From NCBI GenBank assembly GCA_051362555.1, contig CM120642.1, positions 186,001 to 250,000 on the forward strand: DNA of 64,000 nt, read 5' to 3'. The stretch comes from Lingula anatina (lineage: Eukaryota; Animalia; Brachiopoda). Made by a program: the position numbers and the translations under genes. Within the stretch, counting starts at the first letter, position 1. Every line of letters starts with the position of its first letter. Below the pieces are notes generated by a model. The model made no database searches. It was not told the origin of the DNA and was given only the letters and a program-made list of their open reading frames with translations. Below are positions 13,240 through 26,154 of the stretch, one piece after another.

Positions 13240-13610
13240 TCAATACTCATTTAAGAAACTATTGTCCCTATTGAGTCCATTATTCAAGGTGTCTAGTGTT
13301 TTTATAAATATCTGTTCGGCGATCCGTCTTTGCCTAGTGTCGTTTAAGTTTCCTTTTCGGACGGTGACAGTGATGTCATTAACTGAGTGGTTCGGCGTGT
13401 TGAAGTGCTGTCCCACTGGTACGAAGAGGTTTTTGTTGTTTATAGTGCAGCGGTGGTGTCTAATTCTGTCTTTTAATTTCTGGCTTGTTTCTCCGACGTA
13501 CATTTGATGGCATTGTTTACATCTTATCAAATAGATGACGTTCTGAGAGTCGCAAGTGTATTATCCCCTAGGGATGAGTGTCTTGCCTCCGGGAGTGATG
13601 ATGGGGATGT
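13240..13610 (-). mobile_element. Penelope-like element 3' fragment (GIY-YIG endonuclease)
   Basis: YTCDSQNVIYLIRCKQCHQMYVGETSQKLKDRIRHHR...HFN...AEQIFIKTLDTLNNGLN. Confidence 0.9.
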
Positions 13611-14182
13611 TAATAATACAATGTCATTGCAAACTTCAGTGTTCGAGTAGCCACAGTGATTCAGTGCCAAGGAGCTTGGATCGAACACATTATAAACTAT
13701 TTAGTTGTGCTCGCTAAATGATGGTATACGAGGAAGAACCTTTGACCGAACAAAACTTGCATGTCTGTTACACAGGTCTTTTAAAATTGTTAAATTTTCC
13801 TTTCAATCAAAACTGCTAATATATCAAATAAAGAAACATATTTTTGGACCACCCTATAATTAGATTAGGAATTTAAAGACGTTTTGTTTTGTGCAGACGT
13901 GATTAATGGCAACCCCCTATTTCAAACGAAGCCCACCTTGTAAACTTTGACATTCAGGTATGCACCAAGATGTTTAAGATGAAAATTACCAGTAGTCTTG
14001 AACTCGTTAATTTACAGAAACTGAAGGGGCAACTGCGACATCTGGCACCAAGCAAATGTACAGGTATGAGGAATCGAATAAAATAATTTATGTATACGTC
14101 CAGACTGAGCTCGTTTTCGTTTTTTTTAACGAGACCTTAAATCGCGTATAATAATATAATTTAAATTGGTTTATGACTCTTA

Positions 14183-14951
14183 ACCAGCGGGCAAATTATG
14201 TTGTTTTAACGTTGAAACAACGTTGAAACAACGTTGAACCATAACGTTGAAAAGACATTGAATAAACGTTGGATTTGAAAGTTGTGTCAACCTCAGATAA
14301 CAACGTTGTATCAACGTCAGAAAGCAATGTTATATCAACCCCACCCAGGGGGACATTTGCCTGGATGTGTTTAGCAGTAGGACATGTTTGATGGCTAAAT
14401 ATATGTAGGGTATAAATGTATGGCCTTTACGTTAAAATTTCCAAGGTTTAGATTAATATATATAGATCTTACACACACACACACACATACAGTGTATATA
14501 TATAACAAGGTCACAGTCACCTCAACCTGTCTATCTATTACAGGTTACCAAGAACTGTTAACTCCATCACATTTACAGCAACTTATTCATCCTAGTGTTA
14601 GCTGACCTTGCAAGCAATTCAGTTTATTGGAATGTATTTCTGAATAACAAGTTAAGAAAATTCACTAGTTAACTAAAGACACAAAACAACTGTCACTTTT
14701 ACTTTAAAACCATTTTGTTATTATTTTGATAAATTTAGTTACAGTATTGATAAACAAAGTATCACGTTTTCAATAATTAATATTTTAAATTACAATCCAT
14801 AACTGCAAGGTTGTGTCATTGACCAAAATACAACGTTGAGTCAACGTGGCTGGATCAACGTTGATTTAACTTTGAATTTAGGTAGATCAACGGCAATTCA
14901 ACGTATCAACCTGTTTTCAACGTTGATCCAACGCAACTATACCTGCTGGGT
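14183..14951. mobile_element. CACTA/EnSpm-type non-autonomous element
   Basis: Ends ACCAGCGGG / CCTGCTGGGT; many subterminal CAACGTTGA repeats at both ends; internal (AC)n. Confidence 0.65.
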
Positions 14952-15161
14952 TAGAAATTTCAATACAGGGGGATGAGTAAGTATATGTAGCATTCACAAG
15001 CAAAAACGCAGGCTGAGATGTAGTAAATATATTCAGACATAAAACTTGAAATGTTGACCATTTTGGTCTTAGTAAGTCTGTCATCGTGTCTATATGCGGA
15101 TAGCGCGTAGGTTGCGCCCCTCCATGACTGACTCACAAGAGAGAAATAAATTTATACTTAC

Positions 15162-15298
15162 CAGTTCCCTCGCTGTCTAATAAGATAGTAACAAATTCTT
15201 TCTCTCTGTTTCTCAGAACCTTTGTTCCCATCCAAATACCGGACCTCTGAGGGTACATTTTATTTCCAAGCTCAAACGCATCGTGAGTGCCAGCCAAC
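15162..15298 (-). CDS. GBP: GBP-like gene A, coding exon 2 (switch I, G3)
   Basis: 137-bp AG/GTAAGT exon; LAGTHDAFELGNKMYPQRSGIWMGTKVLRNREKEFVTILLDSEGT with GIWM and the DxxG motif. Confidence 0.92.
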
Positions 15299-15796
15299 CT
15301 ATAAATTGAGAAAGCCCCATTTAATGGATAACATACTGTAAATGCACCATAGGGACATCAGGACAGATGCTTTTAAATGATCTTAATTTGTACAATAGCT
15401 TTAAAAGCAGTGGTCTCAAATAAAAGACTTTAAAATGTTGTGTGTAGTGTAGTGATAAGTGGGTCAGTACGTCAATACTTATACCAGTAAATTAGCACTT
15501 GTACATGTGTACAGGTGCATGTTAGACTGCTGTGGGATGCACTAGGAGAAACTAGCTGTTACAGTCTGAGTGAGGGAGTTTTAAGGACAATAACAAAATA
15601 AGGAAAATTTGAGGTAAGTTTATCTTTGTAAAGTTATGCTTGTTTGGTTGATTTTGTCAAGTAAATGTTAAATTTAATATTGTGTTATAGATATTTGCTG
15701 GCGTCAAGTGGTACTCTGACCCGTATCAGAAAGTTGAATTATTTTAATTTGTGAAAAATGGCTTATTTTACATTGGTCCACATGAAGCTGTCACCG

Positions 15797-15832
<36 letters not shown>

Positions 15833-15901
15833 GTCCGGCTTCTGCTATCAAACAATCAAACTGCTAACGGTATTTTAAAATTAACCATAATCTACACGTA
15901 C

Positions 15902-16194
15902 CTTGACAAAATATAAGACTTTCCGCTCCGTGCTGGTCCACAAATCCCCACTACACTGACCGGATCCGTTATGTCCCGCAGCAGCTCTAGAGCCTCTTCC
16001 ACCACGACCAGGTGGGTTCTTTTCACACCTTCCTGCTTAACGTCCTTGCCTGGAGACGGATCATACTGAAAATCGTTCGGCAAAATCAGAGGCACAGAGG
16101 TTTGCCTTGTTGCTAGATCTCTTTGAGAGATGGGCAATATCTCGTAGCCCTGTCGTATATGAGGGGCCGTCAGCGAATTGTCATCTGCGGCCAT
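15902..16194 (-). CDS. GBP: GBP-like gene A, first coding exon (P-loop)
   Basis: ATG at 16194 just inside an AG acceptor (16213-16212); EALELLRDITDPVSVVGICGPARSGKSYILS is the GBP G1 context; donor GTACGT, phase 2. Confidence 0.92.
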
Positions 16195-16729
16195 GTTTCC
16201 ACATCTGGTTTCTGTAAATGAAATGAGGATATGGTATGTTATCGTTTTTTTCTGTAAACATAGAAATATTGTGTACTTGAATTCATTTATTTCGAACATG
16301 TACTTGGGATGTATATCATGACTAATATTAACGTCCAGCTTTGACACAAGGAAGGTACCATACATCATACATGTCTATTGTGCCAGCAAAATGAGTGTAT
16401 TCTCCAATTTTTGAATGTTATTCTTTTGTTTCTATAGCATCACTTAATACGTAAATAAAGAATTTCACTTTATAATCAAGTTTGATCGTTTTGAAATAAT
16501 TGCTATGAATTTAATGAAATAAAAAATAAAAGATACAGGAAAGTCTAATGTTCACCTTCACCTGAACAGGTACCTGTAATTATCTCAGTCTTGATGATGG
16601 CTTGTTAGTCCCTCTCAGACGAACAGACGAAACAGTCAACAGGTAAATCAAATTTCAGAATCTATCATAAATGAAACCTTTCTGACTATCAAAACTAAGA
16701 TCCAATGAAACTATTTTCACATCAGATTT

Positions 16730-17650
16730 TTATCTTTATTTTATTTTTTAATTTATTTTCACTAAATGTAAGGCCACCTGCCTTTTTTTACAATAATTTG
16801 ATAATCATTCATTTCTATAATTGCACATTACATTTCACATCTCCCTTGTCCATTTCTAATCACGACTTTCTTCTTATTTCTGCTTTTGTCAAATTATTTG
16901 TAATTTTTCTTAAAACTGTAATATTTTTTAAATTTCGTCAATATCATAAACCCAATTTTCAATTACAAATATCCGATACGAAATTATCCTTGGGTCGCCA
17001 TAAAGAGGACATTCTAACAAAAAGTTCCTTTCACACTCGACTGCCTCTCAATTACAACACTGATAAATTATCTGATCTCTACTACATGTATGTCTACCTT
17101 TTTTAATTTCAAGTTGATGATTCGAACATCTGAATCGTGCTAAAACAGATATACAACTAGCTTTATCAAACACTGTAACGTATGTCTCAATAATAAGATC
17201 ATGCTTAAATAACTTATATAAATCTATGTTCATATTGTTAGACATTTCGTTATACCACGACTGGAAGTCAATATCTATGCATCTTTGACTAAATTCCTTT
17301 ATAAATAAACTTTCATTACCCACTATTTGAATTAATCCAGGCTATTCCAAAATCGTACCCATATAAGAGTTTCTTTACTTGTATTGCCCAGCAATCCTTA
17401 TCGTTTTCTGCCATATTATACAGCCACACGTAACACGCTTTAATAAACCTATTTTCAGGTTCTTTCTTAAGCCTGAGCCAGTACTTAATTATTTTCACTA
17501 GATGCCCAACCTTTAAAGTATTTCTGCCTAATTAACCTTTGTCCCTACATTTGATGCATTTCTTCTTAATTGCAATAAAAAATTGCAGAATTTATTCCGC
17601 AATTTCCGTATCTTGCCCAGGATGGAAGCCCCATAATAAGACATTGTTTA
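16730..17650 (-). mobile_element. Degenerate non-LTR retrotransposon 3' end (RTEX-like)
   Basis: IIKYWLRLKK...W...VKKLL...FG.AWI; ARFRCSNHQLEIKKGRH; decayed C-terminal Zn-finger region and A-rich tail; several frameshifts. Confidence 0.75.
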
Positions 17651-17949
17651 ATATTATCCAAAAAATGATCTTTGAATGGATTTTTCTGCTAGCTTACTAT
17701 CCTGTATTTACATGGGGCAGAAAAATAGGTCACATAGGTAGGTTAAATTTCTGACCAAAGATTTGAAGAAAGGAGCAGTCTTTTTTGGCTGTCTTTTTTG
17801 TCTTGTCTTTTTTGGCTGATTAAATCAGTTTATCACTTGGCATGTCGACTTTATTTGAGTCGTATAAGAATCTAGTAGAAGTGGTTTATATGTGTTACTG
17901 CCAATCCACGCTCCACCGATGCTCGGTTCATATGCACCTTTAAGTAATA

Positions 17950-18748
17950 ATCCAAATAACGAATAATGTTTTCACGACGTTATCAAATGGTTACATGCTG
18001 GTAATGGTATAAAAGAACATTATGGTAACGTTATGGGCGATTTAACTCAAGAAAAAAAAAAACATTATAGTAATTTGTAGAAAGATTCAAAGACCGTTTC
18101 TACAAAATTTTATGATAACGTTATATTGTGGAGTTTTATCAGCGTTTTTATAACATTCTGGAAAAACATTTATAATGTTGTGAAAACCTTTTTATATAAA
18201 TAACCAAAACAGGTCTAATGCTACTGTTCATTATAATGAATACCCAACCATCACCCTGATTTTCTATTGTTCATTACTTCCGGAAAAGTTTAAATAGATA
18301 TCAATACTGTAACGCACTTTATCAAAACATGATAAAAGGTGTTTTAAAGTAAAAGGTATAGATGTTTTGTGTCTTTAATGAACTAGTGTTTTTCGGAAAT
18401 ACATTCCAACAAGCTTTCTAGCAAGGTCAGCTAACAAAAGGATGAATAAGTCCAGCTGTAAATTTGAAGGAGTGAAGTTAACTGTGTTGACAATTCGCGG
18501 TATCCTATTATATATATGTGTGTGTGCGTGTGTGTGTGTGTGTGGCTAAAGCAGTTGAAACCCTTAACACCTAAAAGTTAAACAAATACACCATCATTTA
18601 TTAGGCATCAAACTGCTAAACACATTCGGTCTAAAAGCGTGTTACATGTTAAGGAGTTTAACATGCTTAGGAGCTAAATGCGTCGAAAAATGAGACAAAA
18701 CAGGCGCTTAGAAATGTGTTTAGGAGCTAAACACTTTTTTACAGTGTA
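17950..18748. mobile_element. CACTA-type MITE remnants
   Basis: Recurrent AACGTTAT/AACATTAT motifs at 17960-18200; right end TTTTTACAGTGTA; interior 18320-18630 is an inverted homolog of 14360-14730. Confidence 0.5.
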
Positions 18749-19486
18749 TACACCAATTTTTTGTTTTTTTTTTATTAGGTTCTAGAGTCTTACTTTTAAT
18801 TTTCTTTCCATGTTTTTTTAAAGTTATCATATAACTGTACCTTAAATGCAACCTTTTCTGCCACAAACGTTTTTTTTTATTCTTTCCGATCTTGTTTATG
18901 AAGTGCTAAATGTTCCTGAGATTTTGAATTTTTTAATAATTTCAATGATTTACGGACTTTGTTTTTGGCATCATAACAATCCCTATCAAACCATGCGTTT
19001 TCACTTTTTATTGTGGTAGTTACAACGATGGTATAGTTACATGTACTCGAAGAGGAATGTGCAATTTCAATAAGCAGACAAACACCTTGTACCGCATCAT
19101 CAATTTTTCCTTCATTGATACATCTTCTAATATTTTCCTTTTTTTCGAGGCTGTTTTGTTAATTGAGTTACTCAACGTATCCTTTTTTTCTTACTTTTCT
19201 ATTTTAGTTTCCTTTTAATAGTTTAACTCGGCATTAAGTTTTCGGAAGTCGTTTTCCGTAGCAAATGTTGAAATTGGAAATAAAATTGTATAGGAAAGTG
19301 GTCTGGCACGTCTGAAGTTGTTAGGGGATAATTAACCTTCGCTTAGCAACTTTAGTGGTCAGACATCTAAGCCGCTTATGCTGAAAGCAATTTAGCCCCT
19401 TGGAGATTGACCGTATTATTTATTATCTAAAAAAGTACACAACAACGGCTACAACGATGACAGACACGGATAATGGCTATAGGCCT

Positions 19487-20668
19487 ACATACAGACACGC
19501 TGTGTCTGTACGTAAAAATGCACAATTTCTTGGGAGGAATGCATTTCTGTAAAAAAATGGAAATCAGTCACACGTACATATTACAGGGTTTGTCTGTTGG
19601 GTCAATTAGAATAGAAACTAGACATATAAATATTGCAATTGTCTTTGAAATGTCATTGTCGCTTAACTTTGGACTTAACATGCCCTAGACAAGGTATATT
19701 TCTTTCGACCTGTGGGAGGCTCTTGTAAAGATACCAAGGATTATCCATATGCTGTTATGATAGCGGTAACTTGATAGTAATGTTTTGTAGGTGTACGGTT
19801 TAAAAGACTAGTTTTGGTTAGAAGAATTAAAACGTCAGAAGTGGGAAAATATTTCTATTCACATCCTTTCAAAAATAAATAAATTAGAAAATGTCTGCAA
19901 AAATGTTGCAACTTTAAAATGGACACACACCTCCCCAAAACATTTATAAGCGAAAGGCCTTGCACACATCTGTTAATAAGTCATTGAAGTTGAGGAACAC
20001 TTCATCCGGCAGTGAATAAAAACGCCACTGTGACAGAATTTCTGATTACGTTGTGGGAATGCATGGTTGAACAGATGGTATGTTATCTCTTATCTCAGTG
20101 TCATATGGGGGCGTTGCCATTGGCCATGTTTTAGTAGATAAGATGAGCCACTTGCTGTCATATTGTTCAATCTCATTAATTTCGTAAGGCTAATGCTGTT
20201 TTCAGTACCATATGTGCTGTCATCAATAGAGATTGAAACCCATATATGTATAGTCAGGTAATTGCTTGGTTTTGCATTTTAGTGCCCATAATATTCTGAC
20301 TTTCACAACTCGCGATATTCCCTGAAAAACCTTTCGACAAACGAAAATGTTTCAGTCTCTCTCTCTCTCTCTCTTTTCGAAAACAACACACGCACATATT
20401 GCCTTCTTACTTTATACGTCTTAACAGACTCTGATACAACAAATAAGGAACAGTAAAAGGTACGGAGCCTGAAAATGGATCTTTATGAACCCCGACCCGC
20501 GATATACTACCTGTGTGTCCTTGGAGAATTACATTCTGTGTTGGTCTTTGGGGTGTCTGTCTCCTCACTGGCCATGAGGATATCTCTGTACTTCGTCCAG
20601 TGGCATGACCTGCATTCTGGGAAGAGACATTCCGAGAACCTCCCTGTAAACCAAACAACTATTATATA
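19487..20668. repeat. Diverged duplication, paralogous to ~33790-35058
   Basis: Colinear similarity throughout, e.g. aataatattctgactttcac..ctcgcgatatt and aaaggtacggagcctgaaaatggatctt in both copies. Confidence 0.85.
20254..20643 (-). CDS. Putative low-complexity terminal exons (module X'), probable tail of gene B
   Basis: 133-bp phase-0 exon 20643-20511 (GGSRNVSSQNAGH...TPQRPTQ); possible mini-exon 20468-20411; last exon 20330-20254 ending in TGA; exon size, frame and stop are shared with the copy at 34615-35034. Confidence 0.5.
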
Positions 20669-21026
20669 GAAAATTTATCCTAATTTTCAACAATGTATGG
20701 AAGGTGTCCTGGTTATTACTTACGCTACATAATTTATAATACATCTTTTCCTGGACCTGTAAACTAAAATATTCCATATTAAATTGGCTAAATCAAAATC
20801 TTCGCCTCTTTGCAAGCCCACAGATGGAAACTTGAACTATTTGTTTCCATACTAGTTATTAATGAGAATTTTTCTACATATCGCACAATCGTTATAAACA
20901 AATGTTATCTAATGTTACCTGATAAATCAAGTCAATTATTTTATTACAGTGAACTCCATACATGTACTTGTGTTTGTCCTTTATTGATATTTTTCATTAT
21001 GTAAACTAAACATACAGAACATATAC

Positions 21027-21181
21027 CTCCATTTCCGTGTTGTACTTCACCACCATGTTTCCCAGTATTTTTTTGTGCCTTAACTCCACACTAGCATCCC
21101 AGGCACTCTTTATGACAGGTTCACCGTCTGGATCATTGACAGCTTGAACATAGTGCTGCAACATTGTGGCAAGCTGATCTC
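21027..21181 (-). CDS. GBP: GBP-like gene B, coding exon 6 (start of helical domain)
   Basis: 155-bp exon, phase 1 to 0; GDQLATMLQHYVQAVNDPDGEPVIKSAWDASV resembles hGBP1 GPRLESLVLTYVNAISSGDLPCMENAV. Confidence 0.88.
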
Positions 21182-21320
21182 CTACAAAATGTGAAAAAGG
21201 GTGACCTTTAAATGCACCCGAAAACTTAAATTTGAGACCAATTTTCAGTCCGGATGGAATTAACCTTGCACCTTTATTTTCCAAATGGAATGGACAAATA
21301 AATCCAAGGAAACACCGTAC

Positions 21321-21573
21321 CTGTTATCTTAGAGTTCACAGTCATCTCTTTCTTGCATTCTAGATCAGACAAGGTGTATTCTATAAACTCTTCCATTTTC
21401 TCATTGAATTTGAGTTCAATATTATTAACGTTTGCTACAATATCTTCCACAACATCTGAACCTCCTGGTAAAGGTAAAGTAAATGCCTCCACCCTTTCAA
21501 AAATCGTCATTATGGCTCTCCCTATCTTCTCTTGGTAGGTTTCTTCCTTTTTTCGAGTGTCTTTCTTGAAAAC
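21321..21573 (-). CDS. GBP: GBP-like gene B, coding exon 5
   Basis: 253-bp open exon, phase 0 to 1; IGRAIMTIFERVEAFTLPLP...KFNEKMEEFIEY...KIT, end of the GBP GTPase domain. Confidence 0.88.
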
Positions 21574-21903
21574 CTGTTGTAAAAACGCCGTGTTAGATCA
21601 TTGTGCAGCTATGAAATATGGATGACCATGGAGATGATAAATTGGGATCAAAATCAATGTATTATATGATAATTAGACCTTGAGAATTTTTGACCAATTT
21701 GTTAGGTGATTAGAAAAAAAATGCCCTTCAAGCACTCCTTTGATTATTAAGCGTAGGATTAAGTTGAGAACAAACAAATAATCGTCATATTTACGAATTA
21801 TTTATTTTATTTTTGATAAGTTTTTTATTTTCTGTTTTCAACTTGGATATTAACAATTAAATTAAGGGGGTGAGCACTCGCCATCAAAGGTGTGTAAACT
21901 CAC

Positions 21904-22084
21904 CACTTCCTTCACGTAGTCAGAGGGTGTCATTTCCTCTCCGGTGTCAGGGTGGACTAACTTCAAATAGACGTCTCGTAAAAGCCACATGAAGTTTGGA
22001 AACACCCTGCGAAGTGCCCCCATATCTTCTGTAACCTCCTCATTTTCTTTCACCCGAATTTTACCAATAATGTCAGTAAGGACT
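21904..22084 (-). CDS. GBP: GBP-like gene B, coding exon 4 (G4)
   Basis: 181-bp AG/GTGAGT exon; FPNFMWLLRDV matches the GBP motif FPDFVWTLRDF. Confidence 0.92.
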
Positions 22085-22769
22085 CTAAGTACAAAATAAA
22101 TTCTCCTTTTGTATATTTTATAAAATACAAGTAGATCTTCGTCATAAATTTGCAGAATAAAAAAAATGTGCTACTCAAAAGAACTAAGGCAACACCCGCC
22201 ATTTTAGGAAAAAAAGTTTGACCCATGTTTATTATTTAGTTAAGACAATTATTTCTGCTTGTTTATTTACGGCGTTTGATGCTAGTAATTGACAGCCACG
22301 AGTGAGTGAGGAGCGGGGAGTGTTTTGTACAGTAAATGAGTTGATTGGCATGTTGATATGGTACTTATACAACTCCATGCAATGTAAACGGAGAGAAGGC
22401 TGCTCCAGATTGAAAGAGGTAAAGAGAAAAACGAATAGAAACGGCACGGAAATCAACTGGAAGGTGGTTCATAAATAAGATGAAAGAATAGTAAAGAGTA
22501 GTAGCTTCTACCTAGCGTGACAACTTAAGATATTGACAAAAAAGAAACGTTTGACAGCACGAATCTTGTCAGAAATAGAGGGAACAATATCCGGACGAAA
22601 CTATACAATCAAGCACATAGTATCCGGAAAGGTGATTGGAAATGGACAGAAAACGAAAGGTAAGAAAATTTATTTAGAAGATTATTGTAGAAAACCCTTT
22701 TTACAATATTTAAATGACTTTATTGTAGCCAGCTACACTTTCGAATATCACCTTAGTAATGTAGACATT

Positions 22770-23290
22770 ACAAAGGTTTTACAAAGGTTGAACAATGCAA
22801 ACTTGACATTATCTAAAATGTTTCATTGCGCGAGAGGTCAGTTATTGGGGTGCATAACTTCAATAGCCAACATTTGCGTTGACACTGTCCAGTGTAAAGC
22901 AGTGCCAGGGTTTCTAGTACCTGAGCTAAACAGGTGATCGAATTCTTGGAATAGCGAATTATTGGATATTGAATTTATACCCTTACAAATCCTCAGTTGA
23001 TACCAGATAATATAAAACCATGCGGACGTTTACGCGCTTTGCTGCTGTCCTTACGCAAAAAAAGGATGTAGTCGAGTGGCCATTTCCATAATAAACTCTG
23101 CAGTGTTCTTTCCTGTTAGCCTTTTCGCTGAAAGGTATCTTCAGGTCAAGAGAAGGAAAATTAGCTTGGTTGCTACTTACAAGACATTGAACATTTTTCA
23201 ATATGGCCGTCAATTTATGAATAAAAAAAAAAAGAAAAACGACCAGAAGTCGGCGGGTATACTTTATTTAGAGCTTCTTTGAACGTTTAT
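22770..23290 (+). mobile_element. Old Gypsy RT/RNaseH remnant in GBP intron 3 (also ~790-1070)
   Basis: VLQRLNNANLTLSK...LLG....I.VD....KAV..F.VP pattern that follows YxDD in Gypsy RT; present in both paralogs. Confidence 0.5.
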
Positions 23291-24076
23291 CCTATCAGAA
23301 GGACTAGTGAATACACTTAAGCTTGCAGCAAGAAAAAGGCCGTCAAAACATTTGTGAGAAAGTGATAAAAGCTGCAAAAATAGTTCGTTTTTGGCATATT
23401 TAGTCTCATTTAAACCATATTTGCTTCTTATAATTAAGTTATTTAATATATTTTGTTTGTATTGCCCCCCCAACTGTCAGAACAATGGTTAAATTATCAT
23501 CCCTTACACATTCAGTCCAAACAGCCAGACAAGTGAAGATAGTAACTAAGCAGACGGTCATTGTGTGAGTAGCAAAGGGTGGCCTCCTATCAAGTGAGTG
23601 CTAATTGCCTAGTTGCTGATGGCCGGCTATATAATGTCAAAGCAAGGGAAGATTTTGTTGTTCTAGTGCAGCATGCAATATTTTGTTTTATGTCAGTCTA
23701 ATACTAATCTCAATCACTCTCATTTAGATCAATTTTTATCTTAAAAACTAAGCCAGTACGCTTTAAGACTAGTTAATCTTTAAGGCCACGTCAGATCAGT
23801 TATGATATGAAATAACATTTTACAACCAGATCAGACACATAAAAACTAGCATGTCAACTTATACAACGAGAAGTTTAAGTCTGGACTTCACCATCTTTGC
23901 CAGAGTTACATTGGTGAAATGTGGGGATCAAGACTGTGGGGAAGTACACTACTCTTTTTCATCCGTAGCAGTAAGCTATAATATGCGTGTAGTTAGACTA
24001 AAGTTGGATCATTTGTCAAATATTTTATGCTGTGTATTCAATGATAAACATTCATTTGGTTTTACGGAATTCATAC

Positions 24077-24197
24077 TTGAGTTCTACTAGGTCCTTCTTC
24101 CTTGGTACTTTCATGGTGTTATAAATCAGCAGTGACGTAAGCAGCACCATCATCACCAGTAGACCGCCATGATCAGCGTATTCGGGATTAACGGCAT
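24077..24197 (-). CDS. GBP: GBP-like gene B, coding exon 3
   Basis: 121-bp AG/GTATGA exon, phases fit neighbours; AVNPEYADHGGLLVMMVLLTSLLIYNTMKVPRKKDLVEL. Confidence 0.9.
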
Positions 24198-25052
24198 CTG
24201 TCAAGAAAAAAATTCTTATTGGAAATACATGTATGTTCTAATAGTTGGGTAGAATAATTTAGTGACAGATACTAAGAACCTGCACAATTGGTATGAGATT
24301 CTCAGCTTTCGGCAGAGTGGTAAATAGCAAATGTTAAACCACCGGGTCAGTCATGTATAACCTGACGAATTTTCCACTTGAATAAAAAACAATTATGTAA
24401 TCAAGATGAAGCATAGTTTTGATCAAAATAAGTAAATCGCATCAGAAACGGCTATTTTGTTTATAAGCCCTGAATTTTTACAGAGTAGGACAGACCTTAT
24501 TTAGATGACAGTCGGATTCAATTTTCTTTGTTTGGGGGATTGCTACCAGTAACACAGTTTTCATATAAAGTACCATTGAAACAGGTCGGTCGAGAGATGA
24601 CTCATGAGATGAAGACAGTATGACAAGCAACATGGCGGTATAATACCTTATTAACATTTATGTAACCTCTCTTCAACCGCTGATAGCGTGTAAAAAGACG
24701 AGAGGTTCAGTAGGAGAGAAAAGGACGGCAAAGTTACCCGCAGATCGTAGCCTGTGACAGAAAGTCCCCCGTTCACATACGTTGGCGTTGATAGTTTTGG
24801 TCCGTTTACCGTGAAAGAAAGACGAAAGGAGGTAAATCGTTAAGGCGTGCTGTTCACATGTCTTAATTGTATCAAGGGCTATTCACATTGAGGTATCAAC
24901 CGTGTTGACAACGAACTCCTTCATAAACGCATTGCGTCGATTCCAAGCTATACGAAACCGATCCGATATCTGCGTTCAGATTGCCGTACACATTTTATTG
25001 GGGCCAACAACGAGCTTAAACGAGCACTCAGTGAAATGGATCAGCATACTTT

Positions 25053-26154
25053 AGCCTCGGTCACAACCGGCCGTACGGGATCTTACGGGCTGTTTGCGTC
25101 CAAATTTTGCACAGAATCTCACGTCCCACGCAAGTCCTTCTTACGCAATTTCGAGTTCGCAGACAGCCCGTAAGCACGTAGGGAGGATGTTGGACATGTC
25201 CAAAAGATTCTACGAATAGCCTGCGAACAGCGAGGCCGCAAGCGTAACTTGCTCCCCTCGCACGGAGTTAGCAATGAAGGTGCAAGTGCCCTTTGCGTGT
25301 TGAGTAAAGCCTAGGTCCCAACCGAACGTACGGGTTGCTACGTGTGGTCTACGGCCAAAAAATGGTGAAAACGTGGGAGTTCGTGAGTGAGGAGCAAGTC
25401 CATCGTGCGACTTTTGGAGGAAGCAAACAGCACTTAGAAACTTTTCGACATGAACAACAGCCGCTACGTGCGATCTAGCTACGTCCTAGCCAGACGCAAG
25501 GAACCCAAAAACTATGCGTCCAAAACGTAGTTCAGACCTAGGCTTAAGGCGCACGCCCTCACAACTAACGAACAAAGTCGAGAAAACACCGGGAATGCGT
25601 CGCACCCCCACGCCTGGTGTATAAAAGGCGTGCTCACGACGCACGCTCGTGTATTTACAATGAACGTCGACTGTGTTACGTGTACAACAATTTTCAAAAC
25701 TTTCAAATTTTTGCTCAATTTAGTTTCTAATATGCCTCCAAAAGGCAAGAGAAAGAAGCTTACATAGTAGAAAAAAAAAAAAAAAAAAAAAAAAAAGGGG
25801 AGGAGGAAGAAGAAAGAAGAGGAGAACAGGAAGCAAAACTGACGTACGCCGTCAGTACGTCACCACAAACGTGTGAGGCAATTGTGAAGCAAAACTGACG
25901 CAAAAGGGCACTACTTTCGCCGTGCGTTGTATTCCCTTTGTAAGTGGTGAGTGTGTGCCACGTACACAGCAAGCAAGACAAACACAAGAAAGGAGTGCAT
26001 TATCCACGGCCATCGCTCCTTGCAATTAGCGTCCCTGCTTGAAAGGACATCTCATGTGTCCTCTACCTCTACTACCTCCACGGCCTCTGCAACACCCAAA
26101 AATCGCAGGGGACGTACGATCCTGAAATTCGTGCGTCCGATTGTGACCGAGGCT
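25053..26154. mobile_element. Second, inverted copy of the 1377-2242 Harbinger-type element
   Basis: Same TIR; TTT on both flanks; interior is the reverse complement of copy 1 plus an insertion. Confidence 0.85.
25308..25544. mobile_element. Nested Harbinger-type MITE
   Basis: TIR AGCCTAGGTC / GACCTAGGCT; TAA duplication at 25305-25307 and 25545-25547; absent from copy 1. Confidence 0.75.

Noticed and set aside
16588-16645. Second hammerhead candidate (TTGATGA...GAAACAGTC)
   Set aside because: No convincing stem I and irregular stem II
20565-20777. Frame REVLGMSLPRMQ... as the continuation of gene B
   Set aside because: Needs phase 2 but exon 6 ends in phase 0; stops early
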